Shown here piece by piece: positions 22,565 through 32,284 of a stretch of 64,000 nucleotides of DNA. Origin of the DNA: an uncultured bacterium. GTDB taxonomy: Bacteria; Desulfobacterota_D; UBA1144; Nemesobacterales; UBA2774. How positions within the stretch are numbered: position 1 is the stretch's first letter; the number at the start of each line of letters is the position of its first letter. Where the stretch lies: contig CAVPJU010000001.1 of the NCBI GenBank assembly GCA_963705505.1, positions 1 through 64,000 on the forward strand. Direction: 5' to 3'. The position numbers were made by a program, and so were the translations under genes. The notes under the pieces are model-generated. The model was not told the DNA's origin. It saw only the letters and a program-made list of their open reading frames with translations, and made no database searches.

Positions 22565-25500
22565 ATGCGTTCGAAAGTCCTTAAGCCTATTGTTATATTC
22601 CTTCTGTTACTATTTTTATTATCAGCGGTAATAATTCTTATAATTCAGACTCATTATTTCAGGCAGTTCGTCAAAATCACGACCAACGCCATCGTGAGCA
22701 CGCTGACCGCGCAGAATTTCACGATCGGCAGCATCGAAGGCAACTTCCTTAAGGGCATCACCCTCAAAAATGTCTCTTTCGCGATCGGGAACGAGAAGTT
22801 CCTCGACTGCGACGAGATATATATCGATTACTCCCTCCCCCTGATACTCGACGGGTCGATGCTTTTCAGCAAGGTGGTCCCGCTTCACGAAGTCAAAGTG
22901 ACGGGCCTTCGGGTCAACCTCGTCCATTACAAGGATGATTCCTGGAATTTTCAACGGCTTCAAAAATTAATGATTAAGGAAAGAAGGCCGAACCCCGACT
23001 GGAATATCTTTATACAAAACGCTGCTGTCCGTGATGCGAAAATGACGATCAAAGACGAAGCCAGGGGGGAGAGCTCCGTCTTCGAATTAACCGATGCGGA
23101 TTTTTCACTCAATATGTTCAATATAGCCGACAGAGCCGAGCTCGACGTCAGAGACGCTCATTTGACGGCGGCCTACCAAAGCATGGACTTTGAAAAATTG
23201 CATTTCGATAACATAACGGGGAAGGCCGTTTATTCGAATAAGGAAATGCCCGACAAGCTCGACGTAAAGCACGTGGTCTTTAATTATTTGGGCGCCGCGG
23301 TTACCGGGACGGGGACTATAACCAATATGATGAATCCGCGCTTCACATTAAACGCTTTCATCAGCAACATTAATTTCCCGGACATAGGAATTCTAAATCT
23401 GGAGGTAGACGCGCAGGGGAATTCCGTCCTCTGGAAGGATCTGCACGCCTCCGGGAAGCTGAAGCTCGCCGATTCATCGCTCATGGACAAGAGTCTCTCG
23501 GGCGGGATCGAATCTGTAAGTGTCGAAAACACGCACGTGGTTCTCAACAAGGGCAAGCTGAGCGCCGATTTCGGGGACGCCGCGTTTGACGGCACGCTCG
23601 ATCTTCTGGAAATGAAGGGCCGGCATGATAAAAAAAATGTGCTCGACCTCCAGTTGGACCTCCGGTCTCTCAAAGTCCCTCGTCTCCTTGATTTAATCGA
23701 GAAAAGTAACGGCGCGCTTAACGAAGGCATAAACAGGAATATAGATGCGGTTATAAATTCCAGATTAAAACTGGCGCTGGGATGGAGCAGGACTCAGGAA
23801 TTAACGGCCGGGCTCGATATAAGCGAGCTGGTTTTCACGGGAGGAGGGTCGGGAGAGATTAAATTAAAGGGCCCTCTCTCTATAAGCGCCTCGAAAATCG
23901 ATTACGATCTGGATGCGAGCTTCATGAAGACGAATTTCGGAGCTTTATTAACCGACCAGAAGTACGCGAGCGAATTCAATTCCACGCTCAAGGCGAAAGG
24001 GTCTTTGAATATCTCCGGAGATTCTCCGCAAAATATCGACACGGCAGTGCGCGGCGAGGTAGGGGCTTCGAAAATTTTCGGTATTCAGATCAAGCGCGGG
24101 CTTGTGGACGCTTCTTATAACGGAGCCTCCCTCGGCATAAGGTCTCTCATTCTCGAATCGGAGCCTTTCAGCGTTAATGCCTCCGGGGAGCTCGGCAAGA
24201 CCGGCGGAAGCGGTATTAAATATGACGTCGATATCAAAGACCTTAAGGTCGTCTCGAAGCTCGCGCCCGATTATCATTTCGGAGGGAGCCTCGGCCTTAA
24301 CGGTTATCTGAACGGAGATTTAAAGAGTCCGAGGGTCGTCGTCAACGCCAAAGGTTCGGATTTCGTTTATGAAGAGAAGGGTCTTAGGGCGAAAAAATTC
24401 GAATTGAAGGCGGACGGTTTTCTCGACCCCGATGACCCCAGGCTCAGTGCCGGCGGTGAAATAAAGGGCATAGAGATCGGGGGCAGAGAAATCCAGATGG
24501 CCGGTTTTAAGGCCGGGAGCAGGGGCAGCGAAATCGACGGCTCTTTGGATATCCAGGAGACATCGAAGAGGAAATATTCCGTCGATTACAAGCTCAGTGA
24601 CCTGGGCAGGGAAGAAACAAAGCTCGAATTGGAGAAGGTCGTGCTGAATTTTAAAAACGCGGTCCTGCAAAACCGGAGGCCTGTCTTTATATCGTTGCTT
24701 AAGGACAGAGTGAAGGTGAGCTCCTTTAACCTATATCACAAGGACAATTTCGTAGTCGGCGATCTCTCTTTCGGTTTCGATGAGAGCATCGACGGATCGA
24801 TCAGGCTCGAAAAATTGAGCCTCCTGGATGCGTCCGAGCTGCTCGACGTGGAGTTTCCGGTAAAGGGCCGGATGTCGGGGGAAATAAATGTCGGGTCTTC
24901 ACTCAAACATCCCGATCTAAGGGCCAATATAACGGTTAAGGATCTGGAGTATATGAAATTCAAAAGCGACGATCTCACGCTCTCGCTCCTCTTCTCGGGC
25001 AACAAGCTCGGTCTCAATCTTAAGATTACGGACAATAAGGAAGAGGTCCTTTCCGCCGTCGGCGACGCAAAAATCGACTTCGATCCGGAGAATATGGATA
25101 AGAGCATCCGGCAGGCTGTCTATAAAGCGACTATAAAATCGAGCGGCATAGATATCAGCCCCATAACCGCGTTCAACGATGAAATTCAGGAGCTGAACGG
25201 GAAGCTGCTGATAGATATGGTCGCGGAGGGAACCGGGAAAGACCCGAACGTGTCGGGCAGTCTCGAGCTCAGGGACATGACCATGAAGGTGGTGACCATG
25301 AGAAACAAGATCCAGATAGAAGATGCTGTCATGGATATGAACGGAAAGTTCGGCACACTCCGCCCCGCCACGATAAAAACGGGCGAGGGCGAAGGGGTAT
25401 TCGAAGGCAGGATAGATTTCCGCGATCTTTCCTATACGGGAAAGGGGAAAATGACCAATATGCTTATGAAAACGTATCCCGCCGATGTTACTGCAAACCT

Positions 25501-26461
25501 CGACGGCGATATTGAAGTTCAGGGAAAGTTCCTGAACACATTCATCAAGGGGAATATCACCGCCAACAAGCTCGAGGTTATGGTTCCCGCCAAGCCCCTT
25601 AAAGAGATCGAGAATATAAAGTTCTTGGATGAGAAGGATTCCGAGCAGGAGGAGTTCATATTCAAGGGGGAGAAAAGAGAAGATTACGTCGAGGAATACA
25701 TCGGTCTTGATCTCAGCCTTACTATCCCGAAGGACTCATGGGTAAAAGGGGGCGGAGCAAATATAGAGGTCGAGGGCAAGCTCGGTATCAATAAGAATTA
25801 CAACGAGCCTTATGTCATAACCGGGAATATAGATGTCATAAGGGGAGACTACCAGTTTATGGGGAGGCTTTTTAAGATAGAGAACGGTACCGTGAGCTTC
25901 AGCGGAAAGAAGATTACAGACCCGTTCCTCGACTTGCGCGCGACGTACCAGGTCTCGAGTGTGGAAATATTCATTAACGTTACGGGTACGGCTGAAAAGC
26001 CCAAGATACAGCTTTCGAGCGACCCCCCGCTCGATGAAAACGAGATTGTCTCTTATCTTGTGTTCGGCACGTCCTCGGACAAGCTCGGCACCGATCAAAG
26101 GGTGCAATTTCAGGAGAAGGCGGGCGAGGTGCTGGGGACTATGGCGGTCGGCGAGCTGAGAGAGGCGCTCGGCGAAGAGTTCGCGATCGACGTTATGACT
26201 ATCAAAGGGGGTCAGACCGGGTTCAGGGATACACACGTGGAGATAGGGAAATACCTCACTGAAAACCTCTACGTCGGCTATGAACGGCTGTCCTTCGAGC
26301 GGTATTTCTATGAGCGCTATTTCTTCAGTCCGGGGCTCCCCTCATCGACCGTTACGGCCAACAGGGCTGTTATCCAGTACAGGGTGTTCGATTTCCTCAC
26401 ACTGGAAAGCGAGTTAGGGGAAGAAGCCGGTGCGGACGTATTCTTCAATTTCGACTACTGA
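22565..26461 (+). CDS. tamB: Translocation/assembly module TamB family protein
   Basis: N-terminal TM anchor, long beta-rich body, DUF490-like C-terminus (DPFLDLRA, LSSDPPL..IVSYLVFG, IGKYLTENLYV). Confidence 0.85.
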   Translation: MRSKVLKPIVIFLLLLFLLSAVIILIIQTHYFRQFVKITTNAIVSTLTAQNFTIGSIEGNFLKGITLKNVSFAIGNEKFLDCDEIYIDYSLPLILDGSMLFSKVVPLHEVKVTGLRVNLVHYKDDSWNFQRLQKLMIKERRPNPDWNIFIQNAAVRDAKMTIKDEARGESSVFELTDADFSLNMFNIADRAELDVRDAHLTAAYQSMDFEKLHFDNITGKAVYSNKEMPDKLDVKHVVFNYLGAAVTGTGTITNMMNPRFTLNAFISNINFPDIGILNLEVDAQGNSVLWKDLHASGKLKLADSSLMDKSLSGGIESVSVENTHVVLNKGKLSADFGDAAFDGTLDLLEMKGRHDKKNVLDLQLDLRSLKVPRLLDLIEKSNGALNEGINRNIDAVINSRLKLALGWSRTQELTAGLDISELVFTGGGSGEIKLKGPLSISASKIDYDLDASFMKTNFGALLTDQKYASEFNSTLKAKGSLNISGDSPQNIDTAVRGEVGASKIFGIQIKRGLVDASYNGASLGIRSLILESEPFSVNASGELGKTGGSGIKYDVDIKDLKVVSKLAPDYHFGGSLGLNGYLNGDLKSPRVVVNAKGSDFVYEEKGLRAKKFELKADGFLDPDDPRLSAGGEIKGIEIGGREIQMAGFKAGSRGSEIDGSLDIQETSKRKYSVDYKLSDLGREETKLELEKVVLNFKNAVLQNRRPVFISLLKDRVKVSSFNLYHKDNFVVGDLSFGFDESIDGSIRLEKLSLLDASELLDVEFPVKGRMSGEINVGSSLKHPDLRANITVKDLEYMKFKSDDLTLSLLFSGNKLGLNLKITDNKEEVLSAVGDAKIDFDPENMDKSIRQAVYKATIKSSGIDISPITAFNDEIQELNGKLLIDMVAEGTGKDPNVSGSLELRDMTMKVVTMRNKIQIEDAVMDMNGKFGTLRPATIKTGEGEGVFEGRIDFRDLSYTGKGKMTNMLMKTYPADVTANLDGDIEVQGKFLNTFIKGNITANKLEVMVPAKPLKEIENIKFLDEKDSEQEEFIFKGEKREDYVEEYIGLDLSLTIPKDSWVKGGGANIEVEGKLGINKNYNEPYVITGNIDVIRGDYQFMGRLFKIENGTVSFSGKKITDPFLDLRATYQVSSVEIFINVTGTAEKPKIQLSSDPPLDENEIVSYLVFGTSSDKLGTDQRVQFQEKAGEVLGTMAVGELREALGEEFAIDVMTIKGGQTGFRDTHVEIGKYLTENLYVGYERLSFERYFYERYFFSPGLPSSTVTANRAVIQYRVFDFLTLESELGEEAGADVFFNFDY

Positions 26462-26518
26462 TCGTGTTGTTGATCCCTCTTCCCGAACGAGGTTAACCGT
26501 GGGAATAATTACATCGGG

Positions 26519-27706
26519 TCAATAACTATGCAGGAATTTCCTTATGCCCCTTACGGCCTGCATGATCCTTTTTTCGTTTTCCACGAGCGCAAACCTCAAA
26601 TATCCTTCGCCGTAATTCCCGAAGCCGACGCCCGGTGAGACTGCGACCTTGGCTTTCTCGATCAGCAGCTTCGAGAATTCGAGCGATCCCATGCTCTTGA
26701 ATTCCTCGGGTATCTCCCCCCAGACGAACATCGTCCCTTTGGGTTTCGGTATGTTCCATCCTGCCTTGGCGAGTCCCTCGACGAGCTTGTCCCTTCTGGA
26801 TTTATACAGTTTCCTCACTTCCTCGACACAGTCCTGGGGCCCGGTGAGCGCCGCGATCGAAGCGACCTGTATGGGGGTGAAGATTCCGTAATCCATATAG
26901 CTCTTTATTCGTTTAAGCGCCGATACTATCCTAGCGTTACCCACCATGAAGCCCACGCGCCATCCCGGCATATTGTAGGTTTTTGAAAGCGAATAAAATT
27001 CAACGCCTATTTCCTGAGCGCCGGGTACTTGGAGAAAGCTCGGTGCCTTATATCCGTCGAAGCACAGCTCGGCGTATGCGAGGTCGTGCACGACGATCAA
27101 TCCCGCTTCCCTTGCGAGCTCATAAACGTCCTTGAAGAATCCGATGTCCACTACAGTCGCGGTGGGGTTGTTCGGGAACGAGATCATCAACACCTTGGGC
27201 TTCGGCCATGTTTCCTTGACCGCCTTCTCGATGCCTTCGAGAATGTTCGAGTCTCTCGTAAACGGAACGCTGTGTACGTCCCCTCTCGAAATAATGACTG
27301 AATATATGTGGATCGGATATGAGGGGTTCGGCACTATGACCGTATCGCCCGGAGACAGGATAGAGAGCATGAGGTGGCATATCCCTTCTTTCGATCCGAT
27401 CGTAGCCACCACTTCGGTATCCGGGTCCAGCTCCACGTCGTATTTCTTTTTATACCACCCGGCGATCGCCCTTCTCAGCTTCGGTATGCCCGCCGATGCG
27501 GAATATCTGTGGGCCCTCGGGTCCTTCGCCGCCTCGATCAGTTTTTTTACGATGTGATCGGGAGTAGGCTGATCGGGATTCCCCATCCCGAGGTCGATTA
27601 TGTCGTCCCCCCTGGCCCTCGCTTTCGATTTCAGCTCGTTGACGATGCTGAAAACGTAGGGCGGGAGACGTCTTATTAATGAGAACTCTTCTGGTGTAAG
27701 TTGCAT
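26519..27706 (-). CDS. PLP-dependent class I/II aminotransferase (AlaC/YfdZ-like)
   Basis: [40 protein letters not shown]. Confidence 0.88.
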   Translation of the reverse strand: MQLTPEEFSLIRRLPPYVFSIVNELKSKARARGDDIIDLGMGNPDQPTPDHIVKKLIEAAKDPRAHRYSASAGIPKLRRAIAGWYKKKYDVELDPDTEVVATIGSKEGICHLMLSILSPGDTVIVPNPSYPIHIYSVIISRGDVHSVPFTRDSNILEGIEKAVKETWPKPKVLMISFPNNPTATVVDIGFFKDVYELAREAGLIVVHDLAYAELCFDGYKAPSFLQVPGAQEIGVEFYSLSKTYNMPGWRVGFMVGNARIVSALKRIKSYMDYGIFTPIQVASIAALTGPQDCVEEVRKLYKSRRDKLVEGLAKAGWNIPKPKGTMFVWGEIPEEFKSMGSLEFSKLLIEKAKVAVSPGVGFGNYGEGYLRFALVENEKRIMQAVRGIRKFLHSY

Positions 27707-27799
27707 TTGCGTCCCTTTTTCATTTTCAAGTATTTTATTCGAATCCTTGACAATCTCAAGAAAATTAAGCGAAAATAGTAAAATCTGAATTTAAGGGTC

Positions 27800-28198
27800 A
27801 TGAATAAGAAAACCGGCTTAATTTCGATTTTATTGCTTTTAGTATTTGCTGTGCCCGGTGTATCCTCGCAGGAAGTTCGCCAGTATGGGAATGCATCATG
27901 GTACGGCAATTCCCTCAACGGCAGGAAAACGGCGAGCGGCGAATGCTATGACATGCACGGTTTTACGGGTGCTCACAGGCAGCTGCCCTTCGGAACATTG
28001 GTAAGGGTTAAGAATTTAAGAAACGGCAAAGAGGTAATAGTGAGGGTAAATGACAGGGGACCGTTCGTTAAGAGCCGTATAATAGACCTTTCCCGGGCGG
28101 CGGCGGTATCGCTGGGTATCCTGAACATGGGTACCGTGAGAGTCAGCGTTGAGGTTATCTCCCTGCCTGAAGATGAAAATCCCGGCTCTGCTTCGTAG
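27800..28198 (+). CDS. rlpA: RlpA-family lytic transglycosylase (DPBB domain only)
   Basis: GNASWYG, TASGE, AHRQLPFGT, VNDRGPF, RIIDLS. Confidence 0.9.
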   Translation: MNKKTGLISILLLLVFAVPGVSSQEVRQYGNASWYGNSLNGRKTASGECYDMHGFTGAHRQLPFGTLVRVKNLRNGKEVIVRVNDRGPFVKSRIIDLSRAAAVSLGILNMGTVRVSVEVISLPEDENPGSAS

Positions 28199-28255
28199 CG
28201 GGAATCCTTATTATAGTTTATCCTCTATTATCACTTGCTATCAATTTTCGAGAGC

Positions 28256-28930
28256 ATGAATAATAGATTAGTTCTATTATTGTTAATTCTCCCGGTAGTT
28301 TTTTCATGCGCAAAAAAGAGTGTCGAGTCCACACGTATACCGCAGAAGGGGCTGCCTTCGGGCGGTTATATAGAGGAGGGGTCTACCCAGGTGGGCAAGG
28401 CCTCCTGGTACGGAATAGAGGAGCATAACAAACATGCGGCAAACGGGGAGCGCTTCAGCAAATACGCATATACCGCGGCTCATAAGAGTCTGCCGATGGG
28501 CACAGTCGTGAGGGTGACCAATCTCGAGAACGGCAGGGACGTGATAGTAAAGATTACCGACAGGGGCCCGTTCGTAAGGGGCCGCATCATCGATCTCTCA
28601 TATGCCGCCGCACAGTCGGTCGGCATGCTCCAGAAAGGCACTGTCGAGGTCAAGGTAGAGGTCATTACCACTCCTTCCACGAGGGGCGGCAGTTATTTCG
28701 ATGCGCTTTATACGGTGCAGGTAGGCTCTTTTGCCGACAAAGGCAATGCGCTGACACTTAAAAGGGAGCTCGATATCGAGTATGAGGACGTGAGGGTGGA
28801 GTCGATCGATGTGAGCGGCGATAATTACTGGCGGGTGAGGGTCGGGCGGTACACGGATAAGGATGACGCCGAGGAGACCGCGTCCAGGCTCAGAATGAAC
28901 GGGCACAACGGAAGGGTTATAATGGAATAG
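28256..28930 (+). CDS. rlpA: RlpA lipoprotein with C-terminal SPOR domain
   Basis: Lipobox VFSC, GKASWYG, DRGPF..RIIDLS, YTVQVGSF..WRVRVG. Confidence 0.92.
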   Translation: MNNRLVLLLLILPVVFSCAKKSVESTRIPQKGLPSGGYIEEGSTQVGKASWYGIEEHNKHAANGERFSKYAYTAAHKSLPMGTVVRVTNLENGRDVIVKITDRGPFVRGRIIDLSYAAAQSVGMLQKGTVEVKVEVITTPSTRGGSYFDALYTVQVGSFADKGNALTLKRELDIEYEDVRVESIDVSGDNYWRVRVGRYTDKDDAEETASRLRMNGHNGRVIME

Positions 28931-29045
28931 TTTCATCCCCGTCCTTATATAATATTCGTTTGGGAATTAAAGCGGGCCGGTCCGTCGGAGCGGGGTCAGA
29001 TATAAGATCGCTGATTGATTGTTGAGTTTATCGAGGGTTTGATAT

Positions 29046-29912
29046 ATGAATGAATTCGTAAAATCGCACGGGCTCGGGAACGATTATTTCGTGCTCGACC
29101 GCTCCCGTATCTCATTTGAGCTCACGCCCGAGGTTATAAGGCTTCTCTGCAATAGGAACTACGGTATAGGCTCCGACGGGATATTGCTTCTTCTGCCGTC
29201 GGACAAGGCCGATTTCGGTCTCAGGATACTAAATCCCGACGGCAGCGAGGCCGAGAAGAGCGGCAACGGCCTCAGGATTTTCGCCAAGTATCTCTACGAG
29301 CACGGGCACACGGATAAAAAGGATTTTAAAGTCGATACGCCGGGCGGTATAGTCACGGCCGAATTGGAAGTCAAGAACGGCAGGGTCCCGTTCGTCACCG
29401 TGGAGATGGGGACTGCGAGCTTCGCAAGCGGGTCGATACCCGTGCGCGGGGACGAGAGGGAGGTCGTTAACGAAGAAGTGAGGTTCGACGGCGAGGTGTT
29501 GAAAATCACCGCCGTCTCGGTGGGGAATCCTCACTGCGTTGTTTTTACGGAGGAGCTCGACGAAGGGTACACGAGGCTGCTCGGCCCATTGATAGAGACG
29601 AGCGAGCTTTTCCCCAACCGCATAAACGTTCAGTTCGCCAGAGTCGTTTCGAACGACAGGGTGGAAATAATGATATGGGAGCGGGGGGCGGGATACACGC
29701 TCGCGTCGGGGAGCAGCTCCTGCGCCGTCGCGGCTGCGTGCGTGAAAAACGGCTTTACCGGAAGGAGCGTAACCGTATCGATGCCCGGCGGCGAGCTCGA
29801 TATCGAAATAAGAGAGGACTGGTCCATCAAAATGAGGGGAGCCGTGGAAGAAGTCGCTTACGGCACATTGAGCGACGATTTACTCGAACGTATAAAATCT
29901 CTCGGAGCATAG
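29046..29912 (+). CDS. dapF: Diaminopimelate epimerase family, serine-pair variant
   Basis: KSHGLGNDY, GIGSDG, NPDGSEAEKSGNG, VGNPH, WERGAGYTLASGSS. Confidence 0.88.
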   Translation: MNEFVKSHGLGNDYFVLDRSRISFELTPEVIRLLCNRNYGIGSDGILLLLPSDKADFGLRILNPDGSEAEKSGNGLRIFAKYLYEHGHTDKKDFKVDTPGGIVTAELEVKNGRVPFVTVEMGTASFASGSIPVRGDEREVVNEEVRFDGEVLKITAVSVGNPHCVVFTEELDEGYTRLLGPLIETSELFPNRINVQFARVVSNDRVEIMIWERGAGYTLASGSSSCAVAAACVKNGFTGRSVTVSMPGGELDIEIREDWSIKMRGAVEEVAYGTLSDDLLERIKSLGA

Positions 29913-29984
29913 TGATAATTCGAGTCTCCGCATTGAGGAAATTCGCACGCCTGAAAACCTGATTCTGTTAGTCCTAATCCGAAG

Positions 29985-31235
29985 ATGAGAAAACTTTTAA
30001 TTTCCGCCGGGACGGTCCTTCCCGTTTCCTCAAAGCCTTTAAAAAACGCCTCCGTATTGATCGCGGACGGAAAGATCAGAGAGATCGGAAAATCCGCCGT
30101 CCTCAGAAAGCGGTACGGGAGCACAAACGAGATAGATCTCGGAAAGGGGATACTTCTCCCGGGCTTCGTCAACGCCCATACGCATCTTGAGCTCGGGTGG
30201 ATAAAAAAGAGGCTCCGCAGCTTCAAGGGTTTTACGGGCTGGCTCGAGCAGATCGTAAAAGAGAAGAGGTTGGGCGTTACGAACGGCGAGATTATAGAAT
30301 CTGTTGAAGAGGGGATAGAAACGCTCATAGGCTCGGGTGTGACGACTGTTGGAGAGATATCCTCATACAACGGTATCGATAAGCCGCTCCTAAAAGACTC
30401 CGGTCTGAGGACCGTGCTATTCAGAGAAATTCTCGACAGCAACGAAGACGGAACCGATTTCTCGTCTTTGGAAGAGAGTCCGCTTTTTCAGGAAAGACTT
30501 TTCCCCCATTCGCCCTATTCATGCCGCCCCGGGCTGCTTAAAAAAGCGCTCAGGTCCCACAGGAAGAACGGCATTCCCCTGGGTATTCACCTCGGGGAGA
30601 GCGCTGACGAGGTTAAGTTCTTGCGAGGCGAAGAAAACTTTATAGAAAAAAAGATATTCCCGCTTATAAAAAAAAGCCCGTTTAAAAAGCCCCTGGCCGA
30701 TACACCCGTTTCGTATCTGAAAAATACCGGGCTCCTCGACGGTACGAGGATTACTCTCGTGCATATGGTGCAGGTCTCCGAAGAAGAGGCGGAAGAATTG
30801 CGCAGCCTGGACGCGGCGATAGTTCTTTGTCCGAGGAGCAACCTGTTCCTTCAGGTCGGTGCGCCGCATATTAATCAGTATTTGGATTTCGAAAGACTGG
30901 GCCTCGGTACCGACGGTCTTTCGAGCAATTACAACCTCGATTTTTTCGAGGAGATGAGGTTTTTCCATCTCCTGATATCCCGGGCAGCGGGAGCTAAAGC
31001 TGCTTATAAGACCGTGTATGCGGCGACTCTCGGAGGAGCGAAGTCTCTATATCTCGAGAATAAAACCGGCAGCATAGAGCCCGGCAAAGAAGCCGACCTC
31101 GTTTTTCTCAACACCGGGGTTGAATCCGGCGACCCTTACCTCTCCGTCATTTCATCGACAGCCGGGAATGTCAGAATGGTCATGGTCGGGGGACTCATAC
31201 TTTATTCCGGACAGGAATTCCTTTCTGAAATCTGA
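29985..31235 (+). CDS. Amidohydrolase, probable aminodeoxyfutalosine deaminase
   Basis: NAHTHLE, GEISSY, HSPYS, IHLGES, VHMV, CPRSN, TDGLSSNY; mqnA/mqnD nearby. Confidence 0.75.
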   Translation: MRKLLISAGTVLPVSSKPLKNASVLIADGKIREIGKSAVLRKRYGSTNEIDLGKGILLPGFVNAHTHLELGWIKKRLRSFKGFTGWLEQIVKEKRLGVTNGEIIESVEEGIETLIGSGVTTVGEISSYNGIDKPLLKDSGLRTVLFREILDSNEDGTDFSSLEESPLFQERLFPHSPYSCRPGLLKKALRSHRKNGIPLGIHLGESADEVKFLRGEENFIEKKIFPLIKKSPFKKPLADTPVSYLKNTGLLDGTRITLVHMVQVSEEEAEELRSLDAAIVLCPRSNLFLQVGAPHINQYLDFERLGLGTDGLSSNYNLDFFEEMRFFHLLISRAAGAKAAYKTVYAATLGGAKSLYLENKTGSIEPGKEADLVFLNTGVESGDPYLSVISSTAGNVRMVMVGGLILYSGQEFLSEI

Positions 31236-31237
31236 AA

Positions 31238-32284
31238 ATGTCAGGCCGCGTCGACAAGATATTCGTTTACGGAACGCTTCTCAGGGGGGAGGAGAGGAGC
31301 TGTTACATGCGGGATTGCAAGCTGGTGTCGATGCTCGAAGTCCCGGGAGTAATGTACGATGCGAAGAGGGGTTATCCGGCGGCTTTATTCGGCAGTGAAG
31401 CAGGCTCGGCGGTTACGGGCGAGCTCTACATCATGCAGGACCCGTCACAAAAGATAGCGGAGCTCGACGGTGTGGAGGGGACCGAATCAGGACTCTTCAG
31501 AAGGTCCCAAATTAAACATTCCGGTGCTGAATTCTTTTGCTATGAGCCTGGCCCCCTGCTAAATGACATCATAACGGACGACAACAGGATATTAAGCGGG
31601 AGCTGGAGGACTTACTCGTCCCGCGCCTTTACGGATCCCGTCGATTTCGCGCTCAGGTTCGAAGCTCACATTAAAGAGACATATAAAGAGCGTGCGGATG
31701 AAGACTCTGACGGTATCCTTTATATTAAGGGAAGTATACCCGTACTGGTTACTGCTCCCCACGCGACGGCACACGTGCGCATGGGTAAACTGAAGAGGCA
31801 GGAATTCTATACGGGCGCGCTTGCAGTGTTGCTGCATTCGGTAACCGGATGTCATGCGCTTTACACGGACAGATTGTCGCCGGTCGACCCCAATCACTCT
31901 GACGAATCCCCGTTTAAAGAAAAGATATACGGGATAGCCCGAAAATTCGGCATAGAATTATTGATCGACCTCCACGGGACGGGTTCTGAAAGGCCGGGAG
32001 ACGTTTTCCCGGGCATTGGGAGGAATAAAGAGTTTCTCAACGGAAGACCCGATTTTTACTCCGGGCTTGAACAATCGGCAGCTTCACACGGCGTCTCGCT
32101 CGGCTCGACGGACGTCTTTCCAGCGGCGCGACAGATGACCGTGACCAGGTTTTCCGCGACGAGGCTGGGAATACCTTCGATGCAGCTCGAGATAAACCAA
32201 AGCCTGAGACAGCCCGAAAGTTCGCCTGCGGATTTTATGAAGCTCGTGAATTTTCTCAAGGAGTTCATCGCGCGTCTTTATTGA
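31238..32284 (+). CDS. Fusion: gamma-glutamylcyclotransferase (AIG2-like) domain + N-formylglutamate-amidohydrolase-like domain
   Basis: IFVYGTL..YPA..VTGELY..LDGVEG..SGSW; then VLVTAPHA, LIDLHG, MQLEI. Confidence 0.7.
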   Translation: MSGRVDKIFVYGTLLRGEERSCYMRDCKLVSMLEVPGVMYDAKRGYPAALFGSEAGSAVTGELYIMQDPSQKIAELDGVEGTESGLFRRSQIKHSGAEFFCYEPGPLLNDIITDDNRILSGSWRTYSSRAFTDPVDFALRFEAHIKETYKERADEDSDGILYIKGSIPVLVTAPHATAHVRMGKLKRQEFYTGALAVLLHSVTGCHALYTDRLSPVDPNHSDESPFKEKIYGIARKFGIELLIDLHGTGSERPGDVFPGIGRNKEFLNGRPDFYSGLEQSAASHGVSLGSTDVFPAARQMTVTRFSATRLGIPSMQLEINQSLRQPESSPADFMKLVNFLKEFIARLY

